The translations under genes and the position numbers were made by a program. A stretch of 46,923 nucleotides of DNA from Macrostomum lignano (lineage: Eukaryota). The notes beneath the pieces are model-generated. The model saw only the letters and a program-made list of their open reading frames with translations. It did no database searches and was not told the DNA's origin. How positions within the stretch are numbered: the first letter of the stretch is position 1; every line of letters begins with the position of its first letter. Positions 27,101 through 40,257 of this stretch are shown here, piece after piece. The stretch lies in contig NIVC01002919.1 of the NCBI GenBank assembly GCA_002269645.1, positions 1-46,923 on the forward strand. The letters run 5' to 3'.

Positions 27101-30100
27101 CTTAGAGTTGTCATGAGTAGCTTAGAGTTGTCATGAGTAGCTTAGGATTTTGATGAGTAGCTTAGAGTTGTCATGAGTAGCTTAGAGTTGTCATGAGTAG
27201 CTTAGAGTTGTCATGAGTAGCTTAGGATTTTGATGAGTAGCTTAGAGTTGTCATGAGTAGCTTAGAGTTGTCATGAGTAGCTTAGGATTGTCATGAGTAG
27301 CTTAGTGTTGTCATGAGTAGCTTAGAGTTGTCATGAGTAGCTTAGGTTTCATGAGTAGCTTAGAGTTGTTATGAGTAGCTTAGGATTTTCATGAGTAGCT
27401 TAGAGTTGTTATGAGTAGCTTAGAGTTGTCATGAGTAGCTTAGAGTTGTCATGAGTAGCTTAGAGTTGTCATGAGTAGCTTAGAGTTGTCATGAGTAGCT
27501 TAGAGTTGTCATGAGTAGCTTAGAGTTGTCATGAGTAGCTTAGGATTTTCATGAGTAGCTTAGAGTTGTCATGAGTAGCTTAGAGTTGTCATGAGTAGCT
27601 TAGGATTTTCATGAGTAGCTTAGTGTTGTCATGAGTAGCTTAGAGTTGTCATGAGTAGCTTAGAGTTGTCATGAGTAGCTTAGGATTTTCATGAGTAGCT
27701 TAGAGTTGTCATGAGTAGCTTAGAGTTGTCATGAGTAGCTTAGAGTTGTCATGAGTAGCTTAGGATTTTGATGAGTAGCTTAGAGTTGTCATGAGTAGCT
27801 TAGGTTGTCATGAGTAGCTTAGAGTTGTCATGAGTAGCTTAGATTGTCATGAGTAGCTTAGAGTTGTCATGAGTAGCTTAGGATTTCATGAGTAGCTTAG
27901 AGTTGTCATGAGTAGCTTAGAGTTGTCATGAGTAGCTTAGGATTTTCATGAGTAGCTTAGAGTTGTCATGAGTAGCTTAGAGTTGTCATGAGTAGCTTAG
28001 AGTTGTCATGAGTAGCTTAGGATTTTGATGAGTAGCTTAGAGTTGTCATGAGTAGCTTAGAGTTGTCATGAGTAGCTTAGAGTTGTCATGAGTAGCTTAG
28101 GATTTTCATGAGTAGCTTAGAGTTGTCATGAGTAGCTTAGAGTTGTCATGAGTAGCTTAGGATTTTCATGAGTAGCTTAGTGTTGTCATGAGTAGCTTAG
28201 AGTTGTCATGAGTAGCTTAGAGTTGTCATGAGTAGCTTAGGATTTTGATGAGTAGCTTAGAGTTGTCATGAGTAGCTTAGAGTTGTCATGAGTAGCTTAG
28301 AGTTGTCATGAGTAGCTTAGAGTTGTCATGAGTAGCTTAGAGTTGTCATGAGTAGCTTAGGATTTTCATGAGTAGCTTAGAGTTGTTATGAGTAGCTTAG
28401 GATTTCATGAGTAGCTTAGAGTTGTTATGAGTAGCTTAGAGTTGTCATGAGTAGCTTAGAGTTGTCATGAGTAGCTTAGGATTTTGATGAGTAGCTTAGA
28501 GTTGTCATGAGTAGCTTAGAGTTGTCATGAGTAGCTTAGAGTTGTCATGAGTAGCTTAGGTTGTCATGAGTAGCTTAGAGTTGTCATGAGTAGCTTAGGT
28601 TGTCATGAGTAGCTTAGAGTTGTCATGAGTAGCTTAGGTTGTCATGAGTAGCTTAGAGTTGTCATGAGTAGCTTAGGTTGTCATGAGTAGCTTAGGTTGT
28701 CATGAGTAGCAGCTTAGAGTTGTCATGAGTAGCTTAGAGTTGTCATGAGTAGCTTAGAGTTGTCATGAGTAGCTTAGGTTGTCATGAGTAGCTTAGGTTG
28801 TCATGAGTAGCTTAGAGTTGTCATGAGTAGCTTAGGATTTTCATGAGTAGCTTAGAGTTGTTATGAGTAGCTTAGGATTTTCATGAGTAGCTTAGAGTTG
28901 TTATGAGTAGCTTAGAGTTGTCATGAGTAGCTTAGAGTTGTCATGAGTAGCTTAGGATTTTGATGAGTAGCTTAGAGTTGTCATGAGTAGCTTAGAGTTG
29001 TCATGAGTAGCTTAGAGTTGTCATGAGTAGCTTAGGATTTTCATGAGTAGCTTAGAGTTGTCATGAGTAGCTTAGGATTTTCATGAGTAGCTTAGTGTTG
29101 TCATGAGTAGCTTAGAGTTGTCATGAGTAGCTTAGAGTTGTCATGAGTAGCTTAGGATTTTCATGAGTAGCTTAGAGTTGTCATGAGTAGCTTAGAGTTG
29201 TCATGAGTAGCTTAGAGTTGTCATGAGTAGCTTAGGTTGTCATGAGTAGCTTAGAGTTGTCATGAGTAGCTTAGGTTTCATGAGTAGCTTAGAGTTGTCA
29301 TGAGTAGCTTAGGATTTTCATGAGTAGCTTAGAGTTGTTATGAGTAGCTTAGAGTTGTCATGAGTAGCTAAGAGTTGTCATGAGTAGCTTAGGATTTTGA
29401 TGAGTAGCTTAGAGTTGTCATGAGTAGCTTAGAGTTGTCATGAGTAGCTTAGAGTTGTCATGAGTAGCTTAGGATTTTGATGAGTAGCTTAGAGTTGTCA
29501 TGAGTAGCTTAGAGTTGTCATGAGTAGCTTAGGATTTTCATGAGTAGCTTAGGTTGTCATGAGTAGCTTAGAGTTGTCATGAGTAGCTTAGAGTTGTCAT
29601 GAGTAGCTTAGGATTTTCATGAGTAGCTTAGAGTTGTCATGAGTAGCTTAGAGTTGTCATGAGTAGCTTAGGTTTCATGAGTAGCTTAGGTTGTCATGAG
29701 TAGCTTAGAGTTGTCATGAGTAGCTTAGAGTTGTCATGAGTAGCTTAGATTTTCATGAGTAGCTTAGGATTTTCATGAGTAGCTTAGAGTTGTTATGAGT
29801 AGCTTAGAGTTGTCATGAGTAGCTTAGAGTTGTCATGAGTAGCTTAGGATTTTGATGAGTAGCTTAGAGTTGTCATGAGTAGCTTAGAGTTGTCATGAGT
29901 AGCTTAGAGTTGTCATGAGTAGCTTAGGATTTTGATGAGTAGCTTAGAGTTGTCATGAGTAGCTTAGAGTTGTCATGAGTAGCTTAGATTGTCATGAGTA
30001 GCTTAGTGTTGTCATGAGTAGCTTAGAGTTGTCATGAGTAGCTTAGGTTTCATGAGTAGCTTAGAGTTGTCATGAGTAGCTTAGGATTTTCATAGTAGCT

Positions 30101-33100
30101 TAGAGTTGTTATGAGTAGCTTAGAGTTGTCATGAGTAGCTTAGAGTTGTCATGAGTAGCTTAGGATTTTGATGAGTAGCTTAGAGTTGTCATGAGTAGCT
30201 TAGAGTTGTCATGAGTAGCTTAGAGTTGTCATGAGTAGCTTAGGATTTTCATGAGTAGCTTAGAGTTGTCATGAGTAGCTTAGAGTTGTCATGAGTAGCT
30301 TAGGATTTTCATGAGTAGCTTAGTGTTGTCATGAGTAGCTTAGAGTTGTCATGAGTAGCTTAGAGTTGTCATGAGTAGCTTAGGATTTTCATGAGTAGCT
30401 TAGAGTTGTGATGAGTAGCTTAGAGTTGTCATGAGTAGCTTAGAGTTGTCATGAGTAGCTTAGAGTTGTCATGAGTAGCTTAGAGTTGTCATGAGTAGCT
30501 TAGGATTTCATGAGTAGCTTAGAGTTGTCATGAGTAGCTTAGGATTTTCATGAGTAGCTTAGAGTTGTTATGAGTAGCTTAGAGTTGTCATGAGTAGCTT
30601 AGAGTTGTCATGAGTAGCTTAGGATTTTGATGAGTAGCTTAGAGTTGTCATGAGTAGCTTAGAGTTGTCATGAGTAGCTTAGAGTTGTCATGAGTAGCTT
30701 AGAGTTGTCATGAGTAGCTTAGAGTTGTCATGAGTAGCTTAGAGTTGTCATGAGTAGCTTAGAGTTGTCATGAGTAGCTTAGAGTTGTCATGAGTAGCTT
30801 AGGTTTCATGAGTAGCTTAGAGTTGTCATGAGTAGCTTAGAGTTGTCATGAGTAGCTTAGGATTTTCATGAGTAGCTTAGTTGTCATGAGTAGCTTAGAG
30901 TTGTCATGAGTAGCTTAGAGTTGTCATGAGTAGCTTAGGATTTTGATGAGTAGCTTAGAGTTGTCATGAGTAGCTTAGAGTTGTCATGAGTAGCTTAGAG
31001 TTGTCATGAGTAGCTTAGAGTTGTCATGAGTAGCTTAGAGTTGTCATGAGTAGCTTAGAGTTGTCATGAGTAGCTTAGAGTTGTCATGAGTAGCTTAGGT
31101 TTCATGAGTAGCTTAGAGTTGTCATGAGTAGCTTAGGATTTTCATGAGTAGCTTAGAGTTGTTATGAGTAGCTTAGAGTTGTCATGAGTAGCTTAGAGTT
31201 GTCATGAGTAGCTTAGGATTTTGATGAGTAGCTTAGAGTTGTCATGAGTAGCTTAGAGTTGTCATGAGTAGCTTAGAGTTGTCATGAGTAGCTTAGGATT
31301 TTGATGAGTAGCTTAGAGTTGTCATGAGTAGCTTAGAGTTGTCATGAGTAGCTTAGGTTGTCATGAGTAGCTTAGGTTGTCATGAGTAGCTTAGAGTTGT
31401 CATGAGTAGCTTAGGTTGTCATGAGTAGCTTAGAGTTGTTATGAGTAGCTTAGGTTGCATGAGTAGCTTAGGTTGTCATGAGAGGGTTGCTGAGTAGCTT
31501 AGAGTTGTCATGAGTAGCTTAGAGTTGTCATGAGTAGCTTAGAGTTGTCATGAGTAGCTTAGGATTGTCATGAGTAGCTTAGTGTTGTCATAGTAGCTTA
31601 GAGTTGTCATGAGTAGCTTAGGATTTCATGAGTAGCTTAGAGTTGTTATGAGTAGCTTAGGATTTTCATGAGTAGCTTAGAGTTGTTATGAGTAGCTTAG
31701 AGTTGTCATGAGTAGCTAGAGTTGTCATGAGTAGCTTAGGATTTTGATGAGTAGCTTAGAGTTGTCATGAGTAGCTTAGAGTTGTCATGAGTAGCTTAGA
31801 GTTGTCATGAGTAGCTTAGGATTTTCATGAGTAGCTTAGAGTTGTGATGAGTAGCTTAGAGTTGTCATGAGTAGCTTAGGATTTTCATGAGTAGCTTAGT
31901 GTTGTCATGAGTAGCTTAGAGTTGTCATGAGTAGCTTAGAGTTGTCATGAGTAGCTTAGGATTTTCATGAGTAGCTTAGAGTTGTGATGAGTAGCTTAGA
32001 GTTGTCATGAGTAGCTTAGGATTTCATGAGTAGCTTAGTGTTGTCATGAGTAGCTTAGAGTTGTCATGAGTAGCTTAGAGTTGTCATGAGTAGCTTAGGA
32101 TTTTCATGAGTAGCTTAGGATTTTCATGAGTAGCTTAGAGTTGTTATGAGTAGCTTAGAGTTGTCATGAGTAGCTTAGAGTTGTCATGAGTAGCTTAGAG
32201 TTGTCATGAGTAGCTTAGGATTTTATGAGTAGCTTAGAGTTGTCATGAGTAGCTTAGAGTTGTCATGAGTAGCTTAGGTTGTCATGAGTAGCTTAGTGTT
32301 GTCATGAGTAGCTTAGAGTTGTCATGAGTAGCTTAGGATTTCATGAGTAGCTTAGAGTTGTTATGAGTAGCTTAGGATTTTCATAGTAGCTTAGAGTTGT
32401 TATGAATAGCTTAGAGTTGTCATGAGTAGCTAGAGTTGTCATGAGTAGCTTAGGATTTTGATGAGTAGCTTAGAGTTGTCATGAGTAGCTTAGAGTTGTC
32501 ATGAGTAGCTTAGAGTTGTCATGAGTAGCTTAGGATTTTCATGAGTAGCTTAGAGTTGTCATGAGTAGCTTAGAGTTGTCATGAGTAGCTTAGGATTTTC
32601 ATGAGTAGCTTAGTGTTGTCATGAGTAGCTTAGAGTTGTCATGAGTAGCTTAGAGTTGTCATGAGTAGCTTAGGATTTTGATGAGTAGCTTAGAGTTGTC
32701 ATGAGTAGCTTAGAGTTGTCATGAGTAGCTTAGAGTTGTCATGAGTAGCTTAGAGTTGTCATGAGTAGCTTAGAGTTGTCATGAGTAGCTTAGAGTTGTC
32801 ATGAGTAGCTTAGGATTTTCATGAGTAGCTTAGAGTTGTTATGAATAGCTTAGAGTTGTCATGAGTAGCTTAGAGTTGTCATGAGTAGCTTAGGATTTTG
32901 ATGAGTAGCTTAGAGTTGTCATGAGTAGCTTAGAGTTGTCATGAGTAGCTTAGAGTTGTCATGAGTAGCTTAGGATTTTCATGAGTAGCTTAGAGTTGTC
33001 ATGAGTAGCTTAGAGTTGTCATGAGTAGCTTAGGATTTTCATGAGTAGCTTAGTGAGTAGCTTAGAGTTGTCATGAGTAGCTTAGAGTTGTCATGAGTAG

Positions 33101-36100
33101 CTTAGGATTTCATGAGTAGCTTAGAGTTGTCATGAGTAGCTTAGAGTTGTCATGAGTAGCTTAGAGTTGTCATGAGTAGCTTAGGTTGTCATGAGTAGCT
33201 TAGAGTTGTCATGAGTAGCTTAGAGTTGTCATGAGTAGCTTAGAGTTGTCATGAGTAGCTTAGGATTTCATGAGTAGCTTAGAGTTGTCATGAGTAGCTT
33301 AGAGTTGTCATGAGTAGCTTAGAGTTGTCATGAGTAGCTTAGGATTGATGAGTAGCTTAGAGTTGTCATGAGTAGCTTAGAGTTGTCATGAGTAGCTTAG
33401 AGTTGTCATGAGTAGCTTAGGATGAGTAGCTTAGAGTTGTCATGAGTAGCTTAGAGTTGTCATGAGTAGCTTAGAGTTGTCATGAGTAGCTTAGAGTTGT
33501 CATAGTAGCTTAGAGTTGTCATGAGTAGCTTAGATTTCATGAGTAGCTTAGAGTTGTTATGAGCTTAGGATTTTCATAGTAGCTTAGAGTTGTTATGAAT
33601 AGCTTAGAGTTGTCATGAGTAGCTTAGAGTTGTCATGAGTAGCTTAGGATTTTGATGAGTAGCTTAGAGTTGTCATGAGTAGCTTAGAGTTGTCATGAGT
33701 AGCTTAGAGTTGTCATGAGTAGCTTAGAGTTGTCATGAGTAGCTTAGGATTTTGATGAGTAGCTTAGAGTTGTCATGAGTAGCTTAGAGTTGTCATGAGT
33801 AGCTTAGAGTTGTCATGAGTAGCTTAGTGTGTCATGAGTAGCTTAGGTTGTCATGAGTAGCTTAGGTTGTCATGAGTAGCTTAGAGTTGTCATGAGTAGC
33901 TTAGGTTGTCATGAGTAGCTTAGAGTTGTTATGAGTAGCTTAGGTTGTCATGAGTAGCTTAGGTTGTCATGAGAGTTGTGAGCAGCTTAGAGTTGTCATG
34001 AGTAGCTTAGTGTTGTCATGAGTAGCTTAGAGTTGTCATGAGTAGCTTAGGATTGTCATGAGTAGCTTAGTGTTGTCATAGTAGCTTAGAGTTGTCATGA
34101 GTAGCTTAGGATTTTCATGAGTAGCTTAGAGTTGTTATGAGTAGCTTAGGATTTTCATAAGTAGCTTAGAGTTGTTATGAATAGCTTAGAGTTGTCATGA
34201 GTAGCTAGAGTTGTCATGAGTAGCTTAGGATTTTGATGAGTAGCTTAGAGTTGTCATGAGTAGCTTAGAGTTGTCATGAGTAGCTTAGAGTTGTCATGAG
34301 TAGCTTAGGATTTTGATGAGTAGCTTAGAGTTGTGATGAGTAGCTTAGAGTTGTCATGAGTAGCTTAGGATTTTCATGAGTAGCTTAGTGTTGTCATGAG
34401 TAGCTTAGAGTTGTCATGAGTAGCTTAGAGTTGTCATGAGTAGCTTAGGATTTTGATGAGTAGCTTAGAGTTGTCATGAGTAGCTTAGAGTTGTCATGAG
34501 TAGCTTAGAGTTGTCATGAGTAGCTTAGAGTTGTCATGAGTAGCTTAGAGTTGTCATGAGTAGCTTAGGATTTCATGAGTAGCTTAGAGTTGTTATGAAT
34601 AGCTTAGGATTTTCATAGTAGCTTAGAGTTGTTATGAATAGCTTAGAGTTGTCATGAGTAGCTTAGAGTTGTCATGAGTAGCTTAGGATTTTGATGAGTA
34701 GCTTAGAGTTGTCATGAGTAGCTTAGAGTTGTCATGAGTAGCTTAGAGTTGTCATGAGTAGCTTAGTGTTGTCATGAGTAGCTTAGGGTTGTCATGAGTA
34801 GCTTAGGTTGTCATGAGTAGCTTAGAGTTGTTATGAGTAGCTTAGGTTGTCATGAGTAGCTTAGAGTTGTTATGAGTAGCTTAGGTTGCATGAGTAGCTT
34901 AGGTTTCATGAGAGGGTTGCATGAGCAGCTTAGAGTTGTCATGAGTAGCTTAGTGTTGTCATGAGTAGCTTAGAGTTGTCATGAGTAGCTTAGGTTGTCA
35001 TGAGTAGCTTAGAGTTGTCATGAGTAGCTTAGAGTTGTCATGAGTAGCTTAGAGTTGTCATGAGTAGCTTAGGATTTTGATGAGTAGCTTAGAGTTGTCA
35101 TGAGTAGCTTAGAGTTGTCATGAGTAGCTTAGGATTTTCATGAGTAGCTTAGTGTTGTCATGAGTAGCTTAGAGTTGTCATGAGTAGCTTAGAGTTGTCA
35201 TGAGTAGCTTAGGATTTTGATGAGTAGCTTAGAGTTGTGATGAGTAGCTTAGAGTTGTCATGAGTAGCTTAGAGTTGTCATGAGTAGCTTAGAGTTGTCA
35301 TGAGTAGCTTAGAGTTGTCATGAGTAGCTTAGGATTTCATGAGTAGCTTAGAGTTGTTATGAATAGCTTAGGATTTTCATAGTAGCTTAGAGTTGTTATG
35401 AATAGCTTAGAGTTGTCATGAGTAGCTTAGAGTTGTCATGAGTAGCTTAGGATTTTGATGAGTAGCTTAGAGTTGTCATGAGTAGCTTAGAGTTGTCATG
35501 AGTAGCTTAGAGTTGTCATGAGTAGCTTAGTGTTGTCATGAGTAGCTTAGGTTGTCATGAGTAGCTTAGGTTGTCATGAGTAGCTTAGAGTTGTTATGAG
35601 TAGCTTAGGTTGTCATGAGTAGCTTAGAGTTGTTATGAGTAGCTTAGGTTGCATGAGTAGCTTAGGTTGTCATGAGAGGGTTGCCGTGAGCAGCTTAGAG
35701 TTGTCATGAGTAGCTTAGTGTTGTCATGAGTAGCTTAGAGTTGTCATGAGTAGCTTAGGATTGTCATAGTAGCTTAGTGTTGTCATAGTAGCTTAGAGTT
35801 GTCATGAGTAGCTTAGGATTTTCATGAGTAGCTTAGAGTTGTTATGAATAGCTTAGGATTTTCATAAGTAGCTTAGAGTTGTTATGAATAGCTTAGAGTT
35901 GTCATGAGTAGCTAAGAGTTGTCATGAGTAGCTTAGGATTTTGATGAGTAGCTTAGAGTTGTCATGAGTAGCTTAGAGTTGTCATGAGTAGCTTAGAGTT
36001 GTCATGAGTAGCTTAGGATTTTCATGAGTAGCTTAGAGTTGTGATGAGTAGCTTAGAGTTGTCATGAGTAGCTTAGGATTTTCATGAGTAGCTTAGGTTT

Positions 36101-39100
36101 TGATGAGTAGCTTAGAGTTGTCATGAGTAGCTTAGAGTTGTCATGAGTAGCTTAGAGTTGTCATGAGTAGCTTAGTGTTGTCATGAGTAGCTTAGGTTGT
36201 CATGAGTAGCTTAGGTTGTCATGAGTAGCTTAGAGTTGTCATGAGTAGCTTAGGTTGTCATGAGTAGCTTAGAGTTGTTATGAGTAGCTTAGGTTGCATG
36301 AGCAGCTTAGGTTGTCATGAGAGGGTTGCCGTGAGCAGCTTAGAGTTGTCATGAGTAGCTTAGTGTTGTCATGAGTAGCTTAGAGTTGTCATGAGTAGCT
36401 TAGGATTGTCATAGTAGCTTAGTGTTGTCATAAGTAGCTTAGAGTTGTCATGAGTAGCTTAGGATTTTCATGAGTAGCTTAGAGTTGTTATGAAGCTTAG
36501 GATTTTCATGAGTAGCTTAGAGTTGTTATGAATAGCTTAGAGTTGTCATGAGTAGCTAGAGTTGTCATGAGTAGCTTAGGATTTTCATGAGTAGCTTAGA
36601 GTTGTCATGAGTAGCTTAGAGTTGTCATGAGTAGCTTAGGATTTTGATGAGTAGCTTAGAGTTGTGATGAGTAGCTTAGAGTTGTCATGAGTAGCTTAGG
36701 ATTTTCATGAGTAGCTTAGTGTTGTCATGAGTAGCTTAGAGTTGTCATGAGTAGCTTAGAGTTGTCATGAGTAGCTTAGGATTTTGATGAGTAGCTTAGA
36801 GTTGTGATGAGTAGCTTAGAGTTGTCATGAGTAGCTTAGAGTTGTCATGAGTAGCTTAGAGTTGTCATGAGTAGCTTAGAGTTGTCATGAGTAGCTTAGG
36901 ATTTTCATGAGTAGCTTAGAGTTGTTATGAATAGCTTAGGATTTTCATAAGTAGCTTAGAGTTGTTATGAATAGCTTAGAGTTGTCATGAGTAGCTTAGA
37001 GTTGTCATGAGTAGCTTAGGATTTTGATGAGTAGCTTAGAGTTGTCATGAGTAGCTTAGAGTTGTCATGAGTAGCTTAGAGTTGTCATGAGTAGCTTAGT
37101 GTTGTCATGAGTAGCTTAGGGTTGTCATGAGTAGCTTAGGGTTGTCATGAGTAGCTTAGAGTTGTTATGAGTAGCTTAGGGTTGTCATGAGTAGCTTAGA
37201 GTTGTTATGAGTAGCTTAGGGTTGCCGTGAGCAGCTTAGGGTTCTCATGAGAGGGTTGCCGTGAGCAGCTTAGAGTTGTCATGAGTAGCTTAGTGTTGTC
37301 ATGAGTAGCTTAGAGTTGTCATGAGTAGCTTAGTGTTGTCATGAGTAGCTTAGAGTTGTCATGAGTAGCTTAGAGTTGTCATGAGTAGCTTAGAGTTGTC
37401 ATGAGTAGCTTAGGATTTTGATGAGTAGCTTAGAGTTGTGATGAGTAGCTTAGAGTTGTCATGAGTAGCTTAGGATTTTCATGAGTAGCTTAGTGTTGTC
37501 ATGAGTAGCTTAGAGTTGTCATGAGTAGCTTAGAGTTGTCATGAGTAGCTTAGGATTTTGATGAGTAGCTTAGAGTTGTGATGAGTAGCTTAGAGTTGTC
37601 ATGAGTAGCTTAGAGTTGTCATGAGTAGCTTAGAGTTGTCATGAGTAGCTTAGAGTTGTCATGAGTAGCTTAGGATTTTCATGAGTAGCTTAGAGTTGTT
37701 ATGAATAGCTTAGGATTTTCATAAGTAGCTTAGAGTTGTTATGAATAGCTTAGAGTTGTCATGAGTAGCTTAGAGTTGTCATGAGTAGCTTAGGATTTTG
37801 ATGAGTAGCTTAGAGTTGTCATGAGTAGCTTAGAGTTGTCATGAGTAGCTTAGAGTTGTCATGAGTAGCTTAGTGTTGTCATGAGTAGCTTAGGGTTGTC
37901 ATGAGTAGCTTAGGGTTGTCATGAGTAGCTTAGAGTTGTTATGAGTAGCTTAGGGTTGTCATGAGTAGCTTAGAGTTGTTATGAGTAGCTTAGGGTTGCC
38001 GTGAGCAGCTTAGGGTTGTCATGAGAGGGTTGCCGTGAGCAGCTTAGAGTTGTCATGAGTAGCTTAGTGTTGTCATGAGTAGCTTAGAGTTGTCATGAGT
38101 AGCTTAGGATTGTCATAGTAGCTTAGTGTTGTCATAAGTAGCTTAGAGTTGTCATGAGTAGCTTAGGATTTTCATGAGTAGCTTAGAGTTGTTATGAATA
38201 GCTTAGGATTTTCATAAGTAGCTTAGAGTTGTTATGAATAGCTTAGAGTTGTCATGAGTAGCTAAGAGTTGTCATGAGTAGCTTAGGATTTTGATGAGTA
38301 GCTTAGAGTTGTCATGAGTAGCTTAGAGTTGTCATGAGTAGCTTAGAGTTGTCATGAGTAGCTTAGGATTTTCATGAGTAGCTTAGAGTTGTGATGAGTA
38401 GCTTAGAGTTGTCATGAGTAGCTTAGGATTTTCATGAGTAGCTTAGGATTTTGATGAGTAGCTTAGAGTTGTCATGAGTAGCTTAGAGTTGTCATGAGTA
38501 GCTTAGAGTTGTCATGAGTAGCTTAGTGTTGTCATGAGTAGCTTAGGTTGTCATGAGTAGCTTAGGGTTGTCATGAGTAGCTTAGAGTTGTCATGAGTAG
38601 CTTAGGGTTGTCATGAGTAGCTTAGAGTTGTTATGAGTAGCTTAGGGTTGCCGTGAGCAGCTTAGGGTTGTCATGAGAGGGTTGCCGTGAGCAGCTTAGA
38701 GTTGTCATGAGTAGCTTAGTGTTGTCATGAGTAGCTTAGAGTTGTCATGAGTAGCTTAGGATTGTCATAGTAGCTTAGTGTTGTCATAAGTAGCTTAGAG
38801 TTGTCATGAGTAGCTTAGGATTTTCATGAGTAGCTTAGAGTTGTTATGAACAGCTTAGGATTTTCATAAGTAGCTTAGAGTTGTTATGAATAGCTTAGAG
38901 TTGTCATGAGTAGCTAAGAGTTGTCATGAGTAGCTTAGGATTTTCATGAGTAGCTTAGAGTTGTCATGAGTAGCTTAGAGTTGTCATGAGTAGCTTAGGA
39001 TTTTCATGAGTAGCTTAGAGTTGTGATGAGTAGCTTAGAGTTGTCATGAGTAGCTTAGGATTTTCATGAGTAGCTTAGTGTTGTCATAGTAGCTTAGTGT

Positions 39101-40257
39101 TGTCATAAGTAGCTTAGAGTTGTCATGAGTAGCTTAGGATTTTCATGAGTAGCTTAGAGTTGTTATGAATAGCTTAGGATTTTCATAAGTAGCTTAGAGT
39201 TGTTATGAATAGCTTAGAGTTGTCATGAGTAGCTAAGAGTTGTCATGAGTAGCTTAGGATTTTGATGAGTAGCTTAGAGTTGTCATGAGTAGCTTAGAGT
39301 TGTCATGAGTAGCTTAGAGTTGTCATGAGTAGCTTAGGATTTTCATGAGTAGCTTAGAGTTGTGATGAGTAGCTTAGAGTTGTCATGAGTAGCTTAGGAT
39401 TTTCATGAGTAGCTTAGGATTTTGATGAGTAGCTTAGAGTTGTCATGAGTAGCTTAGAGTTGTCATGAGTAGCTTAGAGTTGTCATGAGTAGCTTAGTGT
39501 TGTCATGAGTAGCTTAGGGTTGTCATGAGTAGCTTAGGGTTGTCATGAGTAGCTTAGAGTTGTCATGAGTAGCTTAGAGTTGTCATGAGTAGCTTAGGAT
39601 TTTCATGAGTAGCTTAGAGTTGTGATGAGTAGCTTAGAGTTGTCATGAGTAGCTTAGAGTTGTCATGAGTAGCTTAGAGTTGTCATGAGTAGCTTAGAGT
39701 TGTCATGAGTAGCTTAGGATTTTCATGAGTAGCTTAGAGTTGTGATGAGTAGCTTAGAGTTGTCATGAGTAGCTTAGGATTTTCATGAGTAGCTTAGTGT
39801 TGTCATGAGTAGCTTAGAGTTGTCATGAGTAGCTTAGAGTTGTCATGAGTAGCTTAGGATTTTCATGAGTAGCTTAGAGTTGTGATGAGTAGCTTAGAGT
39901 TGTCATGAGTAGCTTAGAGTTGTCATGAGTAGCTTAGAGTTGTCATGAGTAGCTTAGAGTTGTCATGAGTAGCTTAGGATTTTCATGAGTAGCTTAGAGT
40001 TGTGATGAGTAGCTTAGAGTTGTCATGAGTAGCTTAGGATTTTCATGAGTAGCTTAGAGTTGTCATGAGTAGCTTAGAGTTGTCATGAGTAGCTTAGAGT
40101 TGTCATGAGTAGCTTAGGATTTTCATGAGTAACTTAGAGTTGTGATGAGTAGCTTAGAGTTGTCATGAGTAGCTTAGAGTTGTCATGAGTAGCTTAGGAT
40201 TGTCATAGTAGCTTAGTGTTGTCATGAGTAGCTTAGAGTTGCCGTGAGTAGCTTAGC
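9128..40257. repeat. ~31-kb 20-bp satellite array, consensus GAGTAGCTTAGAGTTGTCAT, ~1550 monomers (length/period), with higher-order structure
   Basis: Direct reading. Recurrent variant monomers include GGATTTTCAT, GGATTTTGAT, GTGTTGTCAT, GAGTTGTTATGAATAGC and GGGTTGCCGTGAGCAGC. Stop codons on both strands, and no ORFs in the track. Confidence 0.99.

Noticed and set aside
10740-39545. TTAGGG words as an interstitial telomere
   Set aside because: They are single A>G variants of TTAGAG within 20-bp monomers and are never tandem.
9128-40257. Giant array as CRISPR-like repeat-spacer memory or as a repetitive protein gene
   Set aside because: The variable halves are a few recurrent point variants, not unique spacers. 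TAG/TGA/TAA close all six frames.
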